This document shows, piece by piece, positions 8,364 through 17,780 of a DNA stretch of 64,000 nucleotides. The notes beneath the pieces were generated by a model. It saw only the letters and a list, made by a program, of their open reading frames with translations. It was not told where the DNA came from and searched no databases. Source of the DNA: an uncultured Actinomycetes bacterium. Its GTDB lineage: Bacteria > Actinomycetota > Thermoleophilia > RBG-16-64-13. How positions within the stretch are numbered: the stretch's first letter is position 1; each line of letters begins with the position of its first letter. The stretch spans positions 736,001 through 800,000 of the forward strand of contig CAWJDT010000001.1 in assembly GCA_963841735.1 (NCBI GenBank), in the 5' to 3' direction. Made by a program: the position numbers and the translations under genes.

Positions 8364-9287
8364 GTGACCATCAACATAGATCCGGTCATCGGCAAGTTGG
8401 GGCCGCTGGATTTCCGCTGGTACGGCGTGATCATGGCTGTGGCCGTAGCCGTCGCCTTGTGGGTCATATCGCGCCAACTCGTGCGGCGGGGGATCGCTTC
8501 GAATCACGTGCTCGGCATCGCCATCTTCGGTGTGCCGTGCGGCATCATCGGGGCCCGCCTAGTCCACGTGCTCGATCATCTTGGCTACTACTGGGAGAAT
8601 CCCGGCAAGATAATCGGGGGGCAACTGGTGGGGTTGGCCGTCTACGGTGTGATCGCAGGTGGCCTGCTGGGTATTTGGATCTACTGCAAGTGGCAGAAGC
8701 TGTCGGTGCTCAAGGTGATCGACTCCACGGCGCTAGCCTTTCCAATAGGGCAGATCATCGGCAAGTGCGCCAACATCATCAACGGCGACACCTGGGGACC
8801 GCCCACTGATTCGGCGTGGAGCTTTACCTACACCAATCCCGATTCGTTCATCCCCGACAATCTGTTGGGGGTGCCTACCCACCCCACGCCCATGTACGAG
8901 CAGCTGTGGCTGATCGTCGTGGCGGGACTGCTCATCTGGCTGATGCCGCGGCTGACGAAGGTGAACGGGCTATCGATTCTCACCTACTTCTGGCTCTATT
9001 CGATCGGCCGCTTTGTCATCTCGTTCTGGCGGGTGAACGATGTTCTGCTTTGGGGACTGAAAGAAGCCCAGGTCATCGCTTTGGTGGTGATCGTGCTGGC
9101 GCCCGTAGTGGCTTACTGGATGGTGAGGCGGGCTCGGAAGCGCCCGCCCGAGAGGCCGGGGTCGCCGAAGACGGGTCCGCGGAAGAGCGCCGCGGCGAAG
9201 TCTGCGCCGAAGAAGACCGGCGCTACGGCGAAGAAGGCCGGCGCCGCGGCCAGGAAGACCGGCGCCGTGGGGAAGAAGGGCATCTAG
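8364..9287 (+). CDS. lgt: Prolipoprotein diacylglyceryl transferase with Lys/Ala-rich tail
   Basis: RWYG, IIGARL, GQIIGKCANIINGD, HPTPMYE, YSIGRF. Confidence 0.9.
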   Translation: MTINIDPVIGKLGPLDFRWYGVIMAVAVAVALWVISRQLVRRGIASNHVLGIAIFGVPCGIIGARLVHVLDHLGYYWENPGKIIGGQLVGLAVYGVIAGGLLGIWIYCKWQKLSVLKVIDSTALAFPIGQIIGKCANIINGDTWGPPTDSAWSFTYTNPDSFIPDNLLGVPTHPTPMYEQLWLIVVAGLLIWLMPRLTKVNGLSILTYFWLYSIGRFVISFWRVNDVLLWGLKEAQVIALVVIVLAPVVAYWMVRRARKRPPERPGSPKTGPRKSAAAKSAPKKTGATAKKAGAAARKTGAVGKKGI

Positions 9288-9414
9288 AGGAAGAAGACCA
9301 CCGCTCGGCCACCAGCGGCAAGACGGCCACAGCCAAGAGCATGCAGACAAACGGGGATAACGTCCAAGCCCCGAGCTGCTCGCCCAGCTCAACGCTCATG
9401 TTCGCGGTGTGTCG

Positions 9415-11043
9415 CTACGTGCTGGTGATGCGGGCCATCCTGTCCTGTTCGGTCCCAACGTCGAGAATCGGTGCGAAGGTGGGACACTGCTCGCTGGTTG
9501 GGCCAACCTCTCCGTCCTCGGTGGCGGCTTGACGGAGATCCAGCAGATCAAGCACCTCAGTCAGGGAGCGGTTGACCGAGTACCCGGCGGCTGCTTCGAC
9601 GGCTGCCGACTGGGGTCGGAACGCTATCGAAATCCCTGCCTGTTCCAGCATGCAGATGTCGTTGTCTCCAGAGCCTACCGCCAGGGAGTGTCGGGGCATG
9701 AGGCCCCCGTCGTCACGGAACCGCCGTATCACATTGGACTTGCAGCAGTGGTGACGTGGGCAACCATCGGGATCTATCATCGCCGGTGCCAGTGTCACCT
9801 CCCCAGTCGAAACCCCGTTTCGAAAACGCATGAGGTGGGCCACGCTGAAGTCGGCGAAGACCCGGCGTCGGACAATCTCGGCTGCGGCATTGAAGCTGTC
9901 GGTCACGATTCCGACCGTGTACCCCGCTCTACGAAGCGTGACGACTGTGTCTATGGCACCGTCCATAAGCGGCATAGAGCGGGCGGTCTCTTCAAAGACC
10001 TCCAGCCGAACGCCCGTGAACAAGGACGCTATAGCGTGTGTCCGTTCGGCGTCGGCCAAGACCTGGTTGTCTAGGAACCGCGCGAGTTCACTTTGAGCCT
10101 CTATCCGCTCAGCCAGTTCCACAACGAAACGGCCCTCCAAGAGGACTCCATCCATGCTAAGGAGCGCGAATTTCTGCCTGCCCGCTGTGCGGTCCGCGGC
10201 TGGAAGCAGGTGGGCTCTGGTCCTCCGCTCGACCTCTTCCATTTCGCGCACCAGATTGATGTTGAGGCGGTCATGTCTCCATGCGCGGTCGAGGATCACA
10301 CGGGTGACCTGCTTTGCCATGTCGCCCAGAGCTTCGAGTGATTGACTGCGATGGCCTATCCGGCCGATATCGACCTCCGCTACCCTGGCTCCCTTCATCG
10401 CCGCGTCGATGAGCAGCCCGATGTCAACGCCGCGGTCGTTCTCCAGACGGAGATTGCCCAGAAGCGAGCGGCGAGCTGCGACGATACCCCCGAGTGGATG
10501 GTCAAGCGTGGCCAACTCTGGAAAGAACGCGCTGAGGAGAGGGCGTGCTGTAAGAACCGTCACCGGCCCCGCGTCACCGCCAAGCTTGGCCTTGACCAGG
10601 TCGGCCTGACCGGCAATGATCGGCGCGGTCATCCTCGCCACGAGATCTTCGCGGGTCTCCAGAAGATCTCCGTCCAGGAAGAGGACGATGTCGCCGCCTG
10701 CGACTTTCAGGCCATCCTGCATCGACGCGCCCTTGCCCAGCAGAGTACTCATCATGACACTGGCGCCTGCCCGCGAGGCGATCTCACCCGTGCCGTCGAT
10801 GGAACCGTCGTCTACTACCAGGACCTCGAGCACTTGGGGGCAAAGTCGCAGAAGGCGCACGAGGTGGTCGATGGTCTTCGATTCATTCAGAACAGGCATT
10901 AGAACGGAGACCACAGGTGGTCCATCGCAAGTCGAGTCGTGCTGACTGCCCGATCCGTCCACGAGTTGGCCGTGCATTATGTCTTGATCACCGGGGGTCA
11001 CGCCCTCGCGCACACCTACCCCGGCCTGTTTGTTGAGGCCCAT
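9415..11043 (-). CDS. GT2 glycosyltransferase (glucosyl-3-phosphoglycerate synthase-like) fused to a SerB-like HAD domain
   Basis: VVDDGSIDGT, GKGASM, FLDGDL, VTVLTARPLL, PLGG; C-terminal HAD fold (SMDGVL, GSGDND); ATG overlaps upstream stop. Confidence 0.8.
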   Translation of the reverse strand: MGLNKQAGVGVREGVTPGDQDIMHGQLVDGSGSQHDSTCDGPPVVSVLMPVLNESKTIDHLVRLLRLCPQVLEVLVVDDGSIDGTGEIASRAGASVMMSTLLGKGASMQDGLKVAGGDIVLFLDGDLLETREDLVARMTAPIIAGQADLVKAKLGGDAGPVTVLTARPLLSAFFPELATLDHPLGGIVAARRSLLGNLRLENDRGVDIGLLIDAAMKGARVAEVDIGRIGHRSQSLEALGDMAKQVTRVILDRAWRHDRLNINLVREMEEVERRTRAHLLPAADRTAGRQKFALLSMDGVLLEGRFVVELAERIEAQSELARFLDNQVLADAERTHAIASLFTGVRLEVFEETARSMPLMDGAIDTVVTLRRAGYTVGIVTDSFNAAAEIVRRRVFADFSVAHLMRFRNGVSTGEVTLAPAMIDPDGCPRHHCCKSNVIRRFRDDGGLMPRHSLAVGSGDNDICMLEQAGISIAFRPQSAAVEAAAGYSVNRSLTEVLDLLDLRQAATEDGEVGPTSEQCPTFAPILDVGTEQDRMARITST

Positions 11044-14000
11044 CACTCCGCCTTCCCCGAGACGCATGGTTGCCCTTCCCATGCGCTGGGGTAATTCTCA
11101 GCCGGCTGGCTGACCTCGGCATGCGTTGGCAGGCTATCAACTCTGACATGAACGTGACCTGAACGCCCCGAGATGTTCGCTTCCGAGGAGACCATGTTAG
11201 AGGGAATACAGAGTTCGCTCAAATCGTCTTCAGGCCCGATGCCGTAGGCATTAGCCAGCAGTGTGATGGGGTGGAGCGCCTGTCTGCCGGTGGCCTGCTG
11301 CAGCTGCATGCGGCACGTGCTGCAATCGCTGGCCACCAGATCGGGCGCCACTTCGGCCACTCGGTTGAACAGCGGCGCCCCCACGGCCATGGAGAAGTCG
11401 TAGGTGCCCGCCTTCATGCCAAAGGTGCCGGCCATGCCGCAACACCCGGCGGCTAGGTCGATGACCTCCACCCCGGGTATCTGCCGGAGTAACTCCAGAC
11501 TTGGGTTGCCGATCTGCTGCGCCTTGAGGTGGCACGGTTGGTGGTAGCCGATGCGGAGAGGGGCGCTGTCGCGGTGAGCCGCGCCCGGGGCCGTGGCCGC
11601 CCGCAGGGGGCCGGCTTCCGGGGCGGCCTCGGGGTGATCGAGGCGTCGCCTCAGCAGGAACTCTCCCAGGTCGCGGGTGGCGTTGGCCACCAGCGAGCAG
11701 TCGGGGCTGTTCACATAGTCGGGGTAGTGCACCTTGAAGGCGAAAGTGGCGGTGGGTTCGGCACTGACCAGCATAGCGCCGGCCTGGACATGAGGCAGCA
11801 CCGCGTTCACGTTGAACTGGGCGGTCTGTCTTGCCTTGCCGGCGTATCCGTAGAGCATCTCCGGGATGCCGCTGGCCAGCTGCTCGGGCACGATCACGCG
11901 CACCCCGTGGGCGGCGAGCACCCACTCCACAGCGAGGGCCAGTCCGGGCTCGTTGTAGTTGGCGTAGAGGTCGCTGAAGTAGGCGACCGTGGGTTCTTTG
12001 GTGCCGGGCGCCCGCGCGCCGGCGGGTCGCGGCGTGCCACTCTCGGGCCGGGCGCCACTCTCGGGCCGGGCGCCACTCTCGGGCCGGGCGCCGGCGGGCA
12101 GCGGCGCACCCCCGGCCGGTTCCGCCACTGTCTTCCCGGCAGTCACCAACTCGCGGAAGGTCCTACGGGCGAAGGGCGCCATCGGGCGGCGGCGGTCGAT
12201 GCCTAGGAGCGGCTCGGCCAGGCGTCGTAGGGTAGGGCGATTGATCAGCCGGTTGGCCAAGGGCGCAGCCAGGTGGCCGAGCCGCGACACCGTTTCCGCG
12301 CGGCCGAGGATCATGTCCACCGGAGCTGCCCGGTGGGCTGCCCGGTACCGGCTCTTGGCCTCCAGCATCAGCTTGGGGATGTTCACGTTCGATGGGCACT
12401 CCACGGCGCACATGCCGCATTCGATGCAGTAGTCGGTCACCGCTTTGGTGGCGGCCAGACCGTAGGTGCTCTCGGGGTCGAGGGCGCCGGTGATGATGCC
12501 CCGCAGCAGGTTGGCCTTGGCCCGGGGCGAGGCGTGCTCACGCCGGGTGGCCTTGTAGGTGGGGCACATGGTGGTGTTGAGAGCGCTCTTGCACAAGGCG
12601 CAGCCGTGACATCGTTCGATGTCGCCCTCGTATCCGTGGGCGGCGAAGTGAAGCAGCGGCTTCTGCGGCAGCGTTCGATAGCCTGGTCCGTAGCGCACGT
12701 CCCGGAACAGGGTGCCGGCGGGCTCCTGCGGCCCGACTTTCTTGCCTGGGTTCATCACGCCCTGAGGATCAAAAGCATTCTTGATACGAGTGAAGAAGGT
12801 GTAGATCTCTTTGCCGTACATCTCCTGCAGGCGAGGGGTATGGACCAGTCCGTCGCCGTGCTCGCCCGACATGGTGCCTCGCACGCTGAGGACGTAGGCG
12901 GAGATCTCGTTGTAGAGCCTCTGCATGAGGCGGGAGTCGGCGGGATCCTTGGGATCCAGAACGGGACGGCTGTGGAGGTTGCCGTCACCCACGTGGCCCA
13001 CCATGACCGCCTCTACTCCCTCGCGGTCGTAGAGTTTCTGAAGGAAGTCCACGAGGGCCGGAAGCTCCGTGGGATGCACGGTGATGTCCTCCACAAAGGG
13101 CAGCGGTTGGCGCGCTCCCGGCATGCGCTGCATCAGAGGCACGGCCGACTTGCGGATCTTCCAGAGGTTCTCGGTCTCGGCGGCGGTTGTAGCGCGCACC
13201 ATGCGTAGGGCGGCGGTATCTTGGAGGTGGCGGGCCAAGGCGGCAAACTTGTCGGAGAGCTCGGCGTCGTCGCGCCCTTCGAACTCGATGAGCAGCGCGG
13301 TGTCGGTGTGCTCGGGCAGCATGGCGTCGATGTGGGAATCGTGCCTGCGCACCAGAGCCAGGAAGCGGGAGTCCATTATCTCGGCGGCTGTGGGTGAAAG
13401 GGCGAGTATTCCGGGCACCGCTTCTCCGACGGCGAACACCGAGGGGAAATAGGCCATGGCGATGCCGCGCTTCGCCGGCAGGGGCACCAGGTTGAGAGTG
13501 GCTTCGGTGACCAGGCCCAGGGTGCCTTCGGCCCCGACGAACAGTCGCTGCAGATGGGCGAGGGAGGGCGAAGCGGTGTTTGGCGGCGCGGCGACGAGGT
13601 CGGCCGCACCCTCTGCAATGGCCATGGGCGGGGCCCCGGGGCGGCCCCAGTCGAGGACCGCCTCCACTCGATACCCGCAGGAGTTCTTGACCACCCGGGG
13701 CATAGCGGCGCGGATGTGGGCTTCGGAGGCGCGCAACTCGGGGAGCACGGCGGCGAAGGCCCTTCCGGCCGCGGTGCCGCTGGTCAGGAGGGCCTGCATG
13801 TCGGGGCCGTCCAGCTCCAGGGGTCGTGCCTGGTACCGGCTGCCGTCGGCCATGACCAGGTCCAGGGCGAGTACGTGGTCCTTGGTGGCTCCGTAGGCGA
13901 CCGACCGAGCCCCCGAAGCGTTGGTGCCGATCATGCCACCCAGGCTGCAGTGGTTCTCGCTGGAGGGGTCGGGCGCGAAGAAGACGCCGAAATCCCGCAG

Positions 14001-14360
14001 GTGACTGTTGAGAGAGGCCATCACCAACCCAGGCTGTACCCGCACCCAGGAAGCGTCGGGAGCCACTTCGAGTATCGCGTTCATGTAGCGGGTGAAGTCC
14101 ACCTGGATCCCAGGGCCGACAGCGGCGCCGTTGAGCCCGGAGCCCATTCCGCGGCCCACTAGGGACAGACCCCGGTCGGCTGCATAGGCGGCCAGGGCGA
14201 CGACGTCCTCGGCATCTCGGGGCGAGACGACACCCAGGGGCTCGATTTGACTGAGGCCCGCGTCGGTGGCGTAGAGACGGCGGCTGATGGGGTCGAACTC
14301 CACGTCGCCGCGGATGGCGGAGCGGAGGTCGCGGGCGATGGATTCTGCGGGAATGGCCAT
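11043..14360 (-). CDS. FAD-binding and Fe-S-binding oxidoreductase (GlcD/GlcF-like fusion)
   Basis: GRGMGSGLNG, PDPSS..CSLGGM, GEHGDG, CHGCALC, CIECGMCAVECP, CCGMAGTFG. Confidence 0.9.
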   Translation of the reverse strand: MAIPAESIARDLRSAIRGDVEFDPISRRLYATDAGLSQIEPLGVVSPRDAEDVVALAAYAADRGLSLVGRGMGSGLNGAAVGPGIQVDFTRYMNAILEVAPDASWVRVQPGLVMASLNSHLRDFGVFFAPDPSSENHCSLGGMIGTNASGARSVAYGATKDHVLALDLVMADGSRYQARPLELDGPDMQALLTSGTAAGRAFAAVLPELRASEAHIRAAMPRVVKNSCGYRVEAVLDWGRPGAPPMAIAEGAADLVAAPPNTASPSLAHLQRLFVGAEGTLGLVTEATLNLVPLPAKRGIAMAYFPSVFAVGEAVPGILALSPTAAEIMDSRFLALVRRHDSHIDAMLPEHTDTALLIEFEGRDDAELSDKFAALARHLQDTAALRMVRATTAAETENLWKIRKSAVPLMQRMPGARQPLPFVEDITVHPTELPALVDFLQKLYDREGVEAVMVGHVGDGNLHSRPVLDPKDPADSRLMQRLYNEISAYVLSVRGTMSGEHGDGLVHTPRLQEMYGKEIYTFFTRIKNAFDPQGVMNPGKKVGPQEPAGTLFRDVRYGPGYRTLPQKPLLHFAAHGYEGDIERCHGCALCKSALNTTMCPTYKATRREHASPRAKANLLRGIITGALDPESTYGLAATKAVTDYCIECGMCAVECPSNVNIPKLMLEAKSRYRAAHRAAPVDMILGRAETVSRLGHLAAPLANRLINRPTLRRLAEPLLGIDRRRPMAPFARRTFRELVTAGKTVAEPAGGAPLPAGARPESGARPESGARPESGTPRPAGARAPGTKEPTVAYFSDLYANYNEPGLALAVEWVLAAHGVRVIVPEQLASGIPEMLYGYAGKARQTAQFNVNAVLPHVQAGAMLVSAEPTATFAFKVHYPDYVNSPDCSLVANATRDLGEFLLRRRLDHPEAAPEAGPLRAATAPGAAHRDSAPLRIGYHQPCHLKAQQIGNPSLELLRQIPGVEVIDLAAGCCGMAGTFGMKAGTYDFSMAVGAPLFNRVAEVAPDLVASDCSTCRMQLQQATGRQALHPITLLANAYGIGPEDDLSELCIPSNMVSSEANISGRSGHVHVRVDSLPTHAEVSQPAENYPSAWEGQPCVSGKAE
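12036..12092. repeat. 18-bp tandem repeat x3 (GARPES x3) inside the oxidoreductase
   Basis: GCCACTCTCGGGCCGGGC three times. Confidence 0.9.
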
Positions 14361-14509
14361 GGGGGAGAATGATAGCGCGAGCAGGAACTTCGTGAGAGAA
14401 TGCACGAGTCGGAGCGGGCCGCCCTGCCGGGCGGTCTTTTAGTCCCAGAGTGAGGTAAGAAGCCACATGCAACGCGGTGCGTCCGCACGTCCAGTGAAGG
14501 GGGTGAGTC

Positions 14510-15443
14510 ATGCTTGCCATCATCAAATCGACCCCTACAGGTCTGGTGCGATTGGAGAAGTTCGAACCCGGTTCGTGGATCGATCTAGTCAGTCCCACGG
14601 AGGAGGAGCTCGAGCTGAGTCAGCCGGGAGTTGGTGATCCCGCTCGATCTACTAAGAGGCCCGTTGGACGAGGAAGAGAAATCGCGCATAGACGTGGAAG
14701 ATGGGCTGACTCACGTCATCGTGGACATCCCTGTGGTGGTCCGGGAGGAGGACCAGCGTGGCTACGAGACGATCCCGCTGGGGATACTGCTGCACCCCGA
14801 CTATCTCATCACTACCTGCCTAAGGCCCAATCCCATCCTGGGTGAGTTCGAGCGCGGTACTGTCCGGGGATTCACAACCTCTTAGAAGACCCGCTTTCTG
14901 CTGCAGATCCTGCAGCGGGTGTCGGCTTTCTATCTGCGGTACCTGGGGCGGATCGACCGCGAGACCGACAAGTTGGAGCGCGAGTTGCGCGCCTCGATGA
15001 AGAATGCGGAGATCTTCGATCTTCTCGGTCTGCAGAAGTCGCTGGTGTACTTCACTACGTCACTGCGCTCCAACGAGTCTGTGCTGCAGAAGCTGGCGCG
15101 CACCAAGACCGTCAAGATGTACGAAGAGGATGAGGATCTGCTCGAGGACGTACAGGTGGAGAACAAGCAGGCCTCGGAGATGGCCAAGATCTATACCGAT
15201 ATCCTCACCGGCATGATGGGCGCGTTCACCTCGGTGATCTCGAACAACCTCAACCGGGTGATGAAGCTGCTGACCACCTTCACCATCATCCTTTCGATCC
15301 CCACGATCGTGTTCTCCTTCTGGGGGCAGAATGTCAGGCTCCCGCTTGCAGACAGCGCGTGGGGCTTCCCCGTCACGATCGTCGTCGCGTTTGTGATCTC
15401 CGTGACTCTCGCGGTGGTGTTCTGGAGGAAGAAGTTCTTCTAG
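14510..15443 (+). CDS. corA: CorA family Mg2+ transporter, +1 frameshift near 14616 and in-frame TAG at 14883-14885
   Basis: GSWIDLVSPTEEE, LDEEEKSRID, KTRFLLQIL, ISNNLNRVMK, FWGQNV (GxN loop). Confidence 0.85.
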
Positions 15444-15445
15444 TG

Positions 15446-15521
15446 GCCAAGGGGGTGTGAGGACCTCCTCGAAGCACAGCGAGTACGCAAAACTTCGCTC
15501 CGGCCCTCGCACCCCCTTGGC
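15446..15521. repeat. Long inverted repeat between convergent genes (REP-like element or bidirectional terminator)
   Basis: GCCAAGGGGGTGTGAGG ... CCTCGCACCCCCTTGGC, 17 bp with one G-U. Confidence 0.7.
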
Positions 15522-15542
15522 AGCACTTCAGCGATACGTGGT

Positions 15543-17393
15543 CTAGCTCCAGGGTGACAGCGGCGGGCGGGTCTCGGTCTGCCTTTTGCGCCGGGCACGC
15601 GGCACCGGCGGTTCGAGCAAGCTCAGGTCGTCGGTGACCTCAAGTGTCTCGATTGGCACCACCCGCATCCGCTTGACTCCCAAGAGCAGCGCAAGAGCCG
15701 TGGTCATAAACACGACCGCCAGGATCCCGCGGACTCCGTAGGCGCCGGAGACCAGTTGCACCAGCAGGTACCACCATGCCTTCCACCAGCCCACTTCGTG
15801 CCCCACGGCCACGTACCCGTACAGGAACAACGGCGCCAGCAGGCCGAACAGGAGCAGCGGGGCGTTGGTGGTCAGCCGGTGTCTCCAGAGCGCTCCCGAA
15901 TAGACGGGTTCGGCGAAGCAGGTGGCTAGTGGCCAAGTCCAGGCTGCAGCCAGGCAGGGAAGTATCAAGAAGGGAGACCGGGAGACCATCATGATCATGC
16001 CCAGTAGCAGGCTGAGGAAAGCGGCGCATAGCTTGGCCATCTCGGTGACCGGTTTGGATTCTCGCGGACGGAAGTAGCCCAGAAAGCGACGAGACGCCAC
16101 GAAGCCTGCCAGCCCCAGAAGGATGAGGATGATGGTGGGAGCGGCCTTGGGTTGCGTGGCCGGCCCGTCCATGGTGGGCACCTGGAACCGGTAACGGGGG
16201 ATGAGACCGGCGACGGCCAGGATATAACTCCACATGAAGAAGAGCGCGACGGGCAGAGCGAACGAGGCGAGGTTGCGCAGATGGCGCAGGGCGGCCTGAG
16301 CACTGACGCGAGAGGCTATGAGCCAGATGATCAGAGCGCAGAACGCGGGCAGCAGGCAGAGCGTGGCGAGCACGTTTATGGCCCGGTTAGTGAGGTAGCG
16401 TCCGGACTGGAGCAGCAGGGCCGTGCCCGGATCGGGCGGCGCCTCGGTCCCTGTATCCAAGGAGAGGATCAGTCGCGCGAGCGCGGGCCCTTGCTTGGCG
16501 ATGCCGTCGGCGCTGGGATTGCCCTTTCCCTCGTCGTAGATGCGTAGCGAGGGGATGCCGCGGGTCAGTCCGGCTACCTGGTCCCCCTTGGATAGGGAGA
16601 GGGCATGGTCGGCCGCTTGGCTGAGCAGACCGGGGACCTCCAGCTTGAGCCCCTCACCTTCTAGCACGTTGCGTGTCAGCTGCAACAACCACCCGGGGGT
16701 GGTGCCTTGGGCGGCCGTGACCCCTGCCGACAGTGCCCGGCGAACGCCGGACTCGGATGATTCCTTGCCCAGACCGTGGATGGAAATGATGGTCGATACG
16801 TCCCAGCGGTTGTCGGGGGAATCAAGGAAGTGACTGATGCTGAGCCCGCCGTTGTTGGAGTCTTCGGTGGAGAGGAAGATCAGCGTCTTGGTGTGCAGCC
16901 GGGCTGAGAAGACTTGGATCAACTCAAGGAGAATCCCGGTTCCGCTTGTGTAGGTTAGCGGCTCGACTTTGACCACCTTGGGCGTGTCCCTCGGGGCTGC
17001 GATGAGGATGGCCTCTTTGCTGGTGCCTTCGAGAACCACGGCTACGTTCTGCAAGGTGACCTTCTCGTTGCCCATGGGGGCTTCGAAGGACTCGACGGTG
17101 GCCATCTCGGGGTTGGCAAGCTGGGATTTGATCCAGTTGATGACGTCGGTCTGCTCTTCGGACCCGGTGGTTGTTCGGGACAGGTTCTCCCACATGCCCT
17201 CGGTGGCGCGGAAGGCGCGGTTGGAGTCAAAGAAGGTGGGACCTGTGACGATCTCTATGCTGGCTTCTGGAGTCGATACCGACAGGAACACCGCCGCGCT
17301 GGCGAGGACGACGAGAGCGACGCATGACGCGTACGCTACCTTCCTCCATTGCCGGACTCGGTCGATAAGACGCCGGCGGATAGTGAGCGGCAT
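15543..17393 (-). CDS. Multi-pass membrane protein with degenerate M28 peptidase-like extracytoplasmic domain
   Basis: N-terminal TM; NVAVVLEG...AILIAAPRD...SGTGILLEL...LIFLST; about 7-8 C-terminal TMs. Confidence 0.6.
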   Translation of the reverse strand: MPLTIRRRLIDRVRQWRKVAYASCVALVVLASAAVFLSVSTPEASIEIVTGPTFFDSNRAFRATEGMWENLSRTTTGSEEQTDVINWIKSQLANPEMATVESFEAPMGNEKVTLQNVAVVLEGTSKEAILIAAPRDTPKVVKVEPLTYTSGTGILLELIQVFSARLHTKTLIFLSTEDSNNGGLSISHFLDSPDNRWDVSTIISIHGLGKESSESGVRRALSAGVTAAQGTTPGWLLQLTRNVLEGEGLKLEVPGLLSQAADHALSLSKGDQVAGLTRGIPSLRIYDEGKGNPSADGIAKQGPALARLILSLDTGTEAPPDPGTALLLQSGRYLTNRAINVLATLCLLPAFCALIIWLIASRVSAQAALRHLRNLASFALPVALFFMWSYILAVAGLIPRYRFQVPTMDGPATQPKAAPTIILILLGLAGFVASRRFLGYFRPRESKPVTEMAKLCAAFLSLLLGMIMMVSRSPFLILPCLAAAWTWPLATCFAEPVYSGALWRHRLTTNAPLLLFGLLAPLFLYGYVAVGHEVGWWKAWWYLLVQLVSGAYGVRGILAVVFMTTALALLLGVKRMRVVPIETLEVTDDLSLLEPPVPRARRKRQTETRPPLSPWS

Positions 17394-17453
17394 AGTGACT
17401 CCAGTTCGCTTGGGGCGTGTGCGATTCTATGCCCCAGGAGACCGGGAGACAAC

Positions 17454-17690
17454 TTAGACTTTGCGGGGCCGCCTGCAGAAGAGCATCTGCTCGATCATAC
17501 GGTCGGCAACGGCCGCGGCCGGCACATGATAGTCCCCGGACCGGATGAGGTCATGAATCACTTGCAGCCGGGCGGGCATAAGCTGTCCCCCAGGGCCCTC
17601 AACGGCCGACTGGGGGGAGCGAAAACAACTCTCGTTTACTATAGGGTTCATGGGGAACTCTGGTGTTGGTGTGTGGTTTGTCGTGCTCAT
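17454..17690 (-). CDS. flgM: FlgM-like anti-sigma-28 factor
   Basis: RLQVIHDLIRSGDYHVPAAAVADRMIE fits the FlgM C-terminal motif; consensus sigma-28 promoter directly upstream. Confidence 0.7.
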   Translation of the reverse strand: MSTTNHTPTPEFPMNPIVNESCFRSPQSAVEGPGGQLMPARLQVIHDLIRSGDYHVPAAAVADRMIEQMLFCRRPRKV

Positions 17691-17700
17691 GCTATCTTCC

Positions 17701-17728
17701 TTATCGGCTGCAGACCCCGATAGGTTTA
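17701..17728 (-). promoter_or_regulatory. Sigma-28 (FliA/SigD/WhiG) promoter
   Basis: TAAA-N16-GCCGATAA, 10 nt before ATG. Confidence 0.85.
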
Positions 17729-17780
17729 TACTCAGAGTGCAAATTGGCGGTCAGCAGAGATGGCGTCCGAGGAGTGCTCG

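Noticed and set aside
9140-9287. Histone-like Lys/Ala tail on Lgt as a separate DNA-binding function
   Set aside because: Short low-complexity cytoplasmic tails are common on actinobacterial Lgt; no further support
14441-14455. AGTCCCAGAGTGAGG as a PyrR binding loop
   Set aside because: Deviates from ARUCCAGAGAGGYU, lies after the hairpin, and the downstream gene is not pyrimidine-related
12985-14598. Long alternative-frame and antisense ORFs (e.g. 537 aa here, 28035-29540, 44684-46216)
   Set aside because: Arg/Pro/Gly-rich shadows of high-GC genes overlapping well-supported CDSs
14883-14885. Genome-wide TAG reassignment or pyrrolysine
   Set aside because: Many genes here end at TAG in the expected place; single case in a gene that also has an indel
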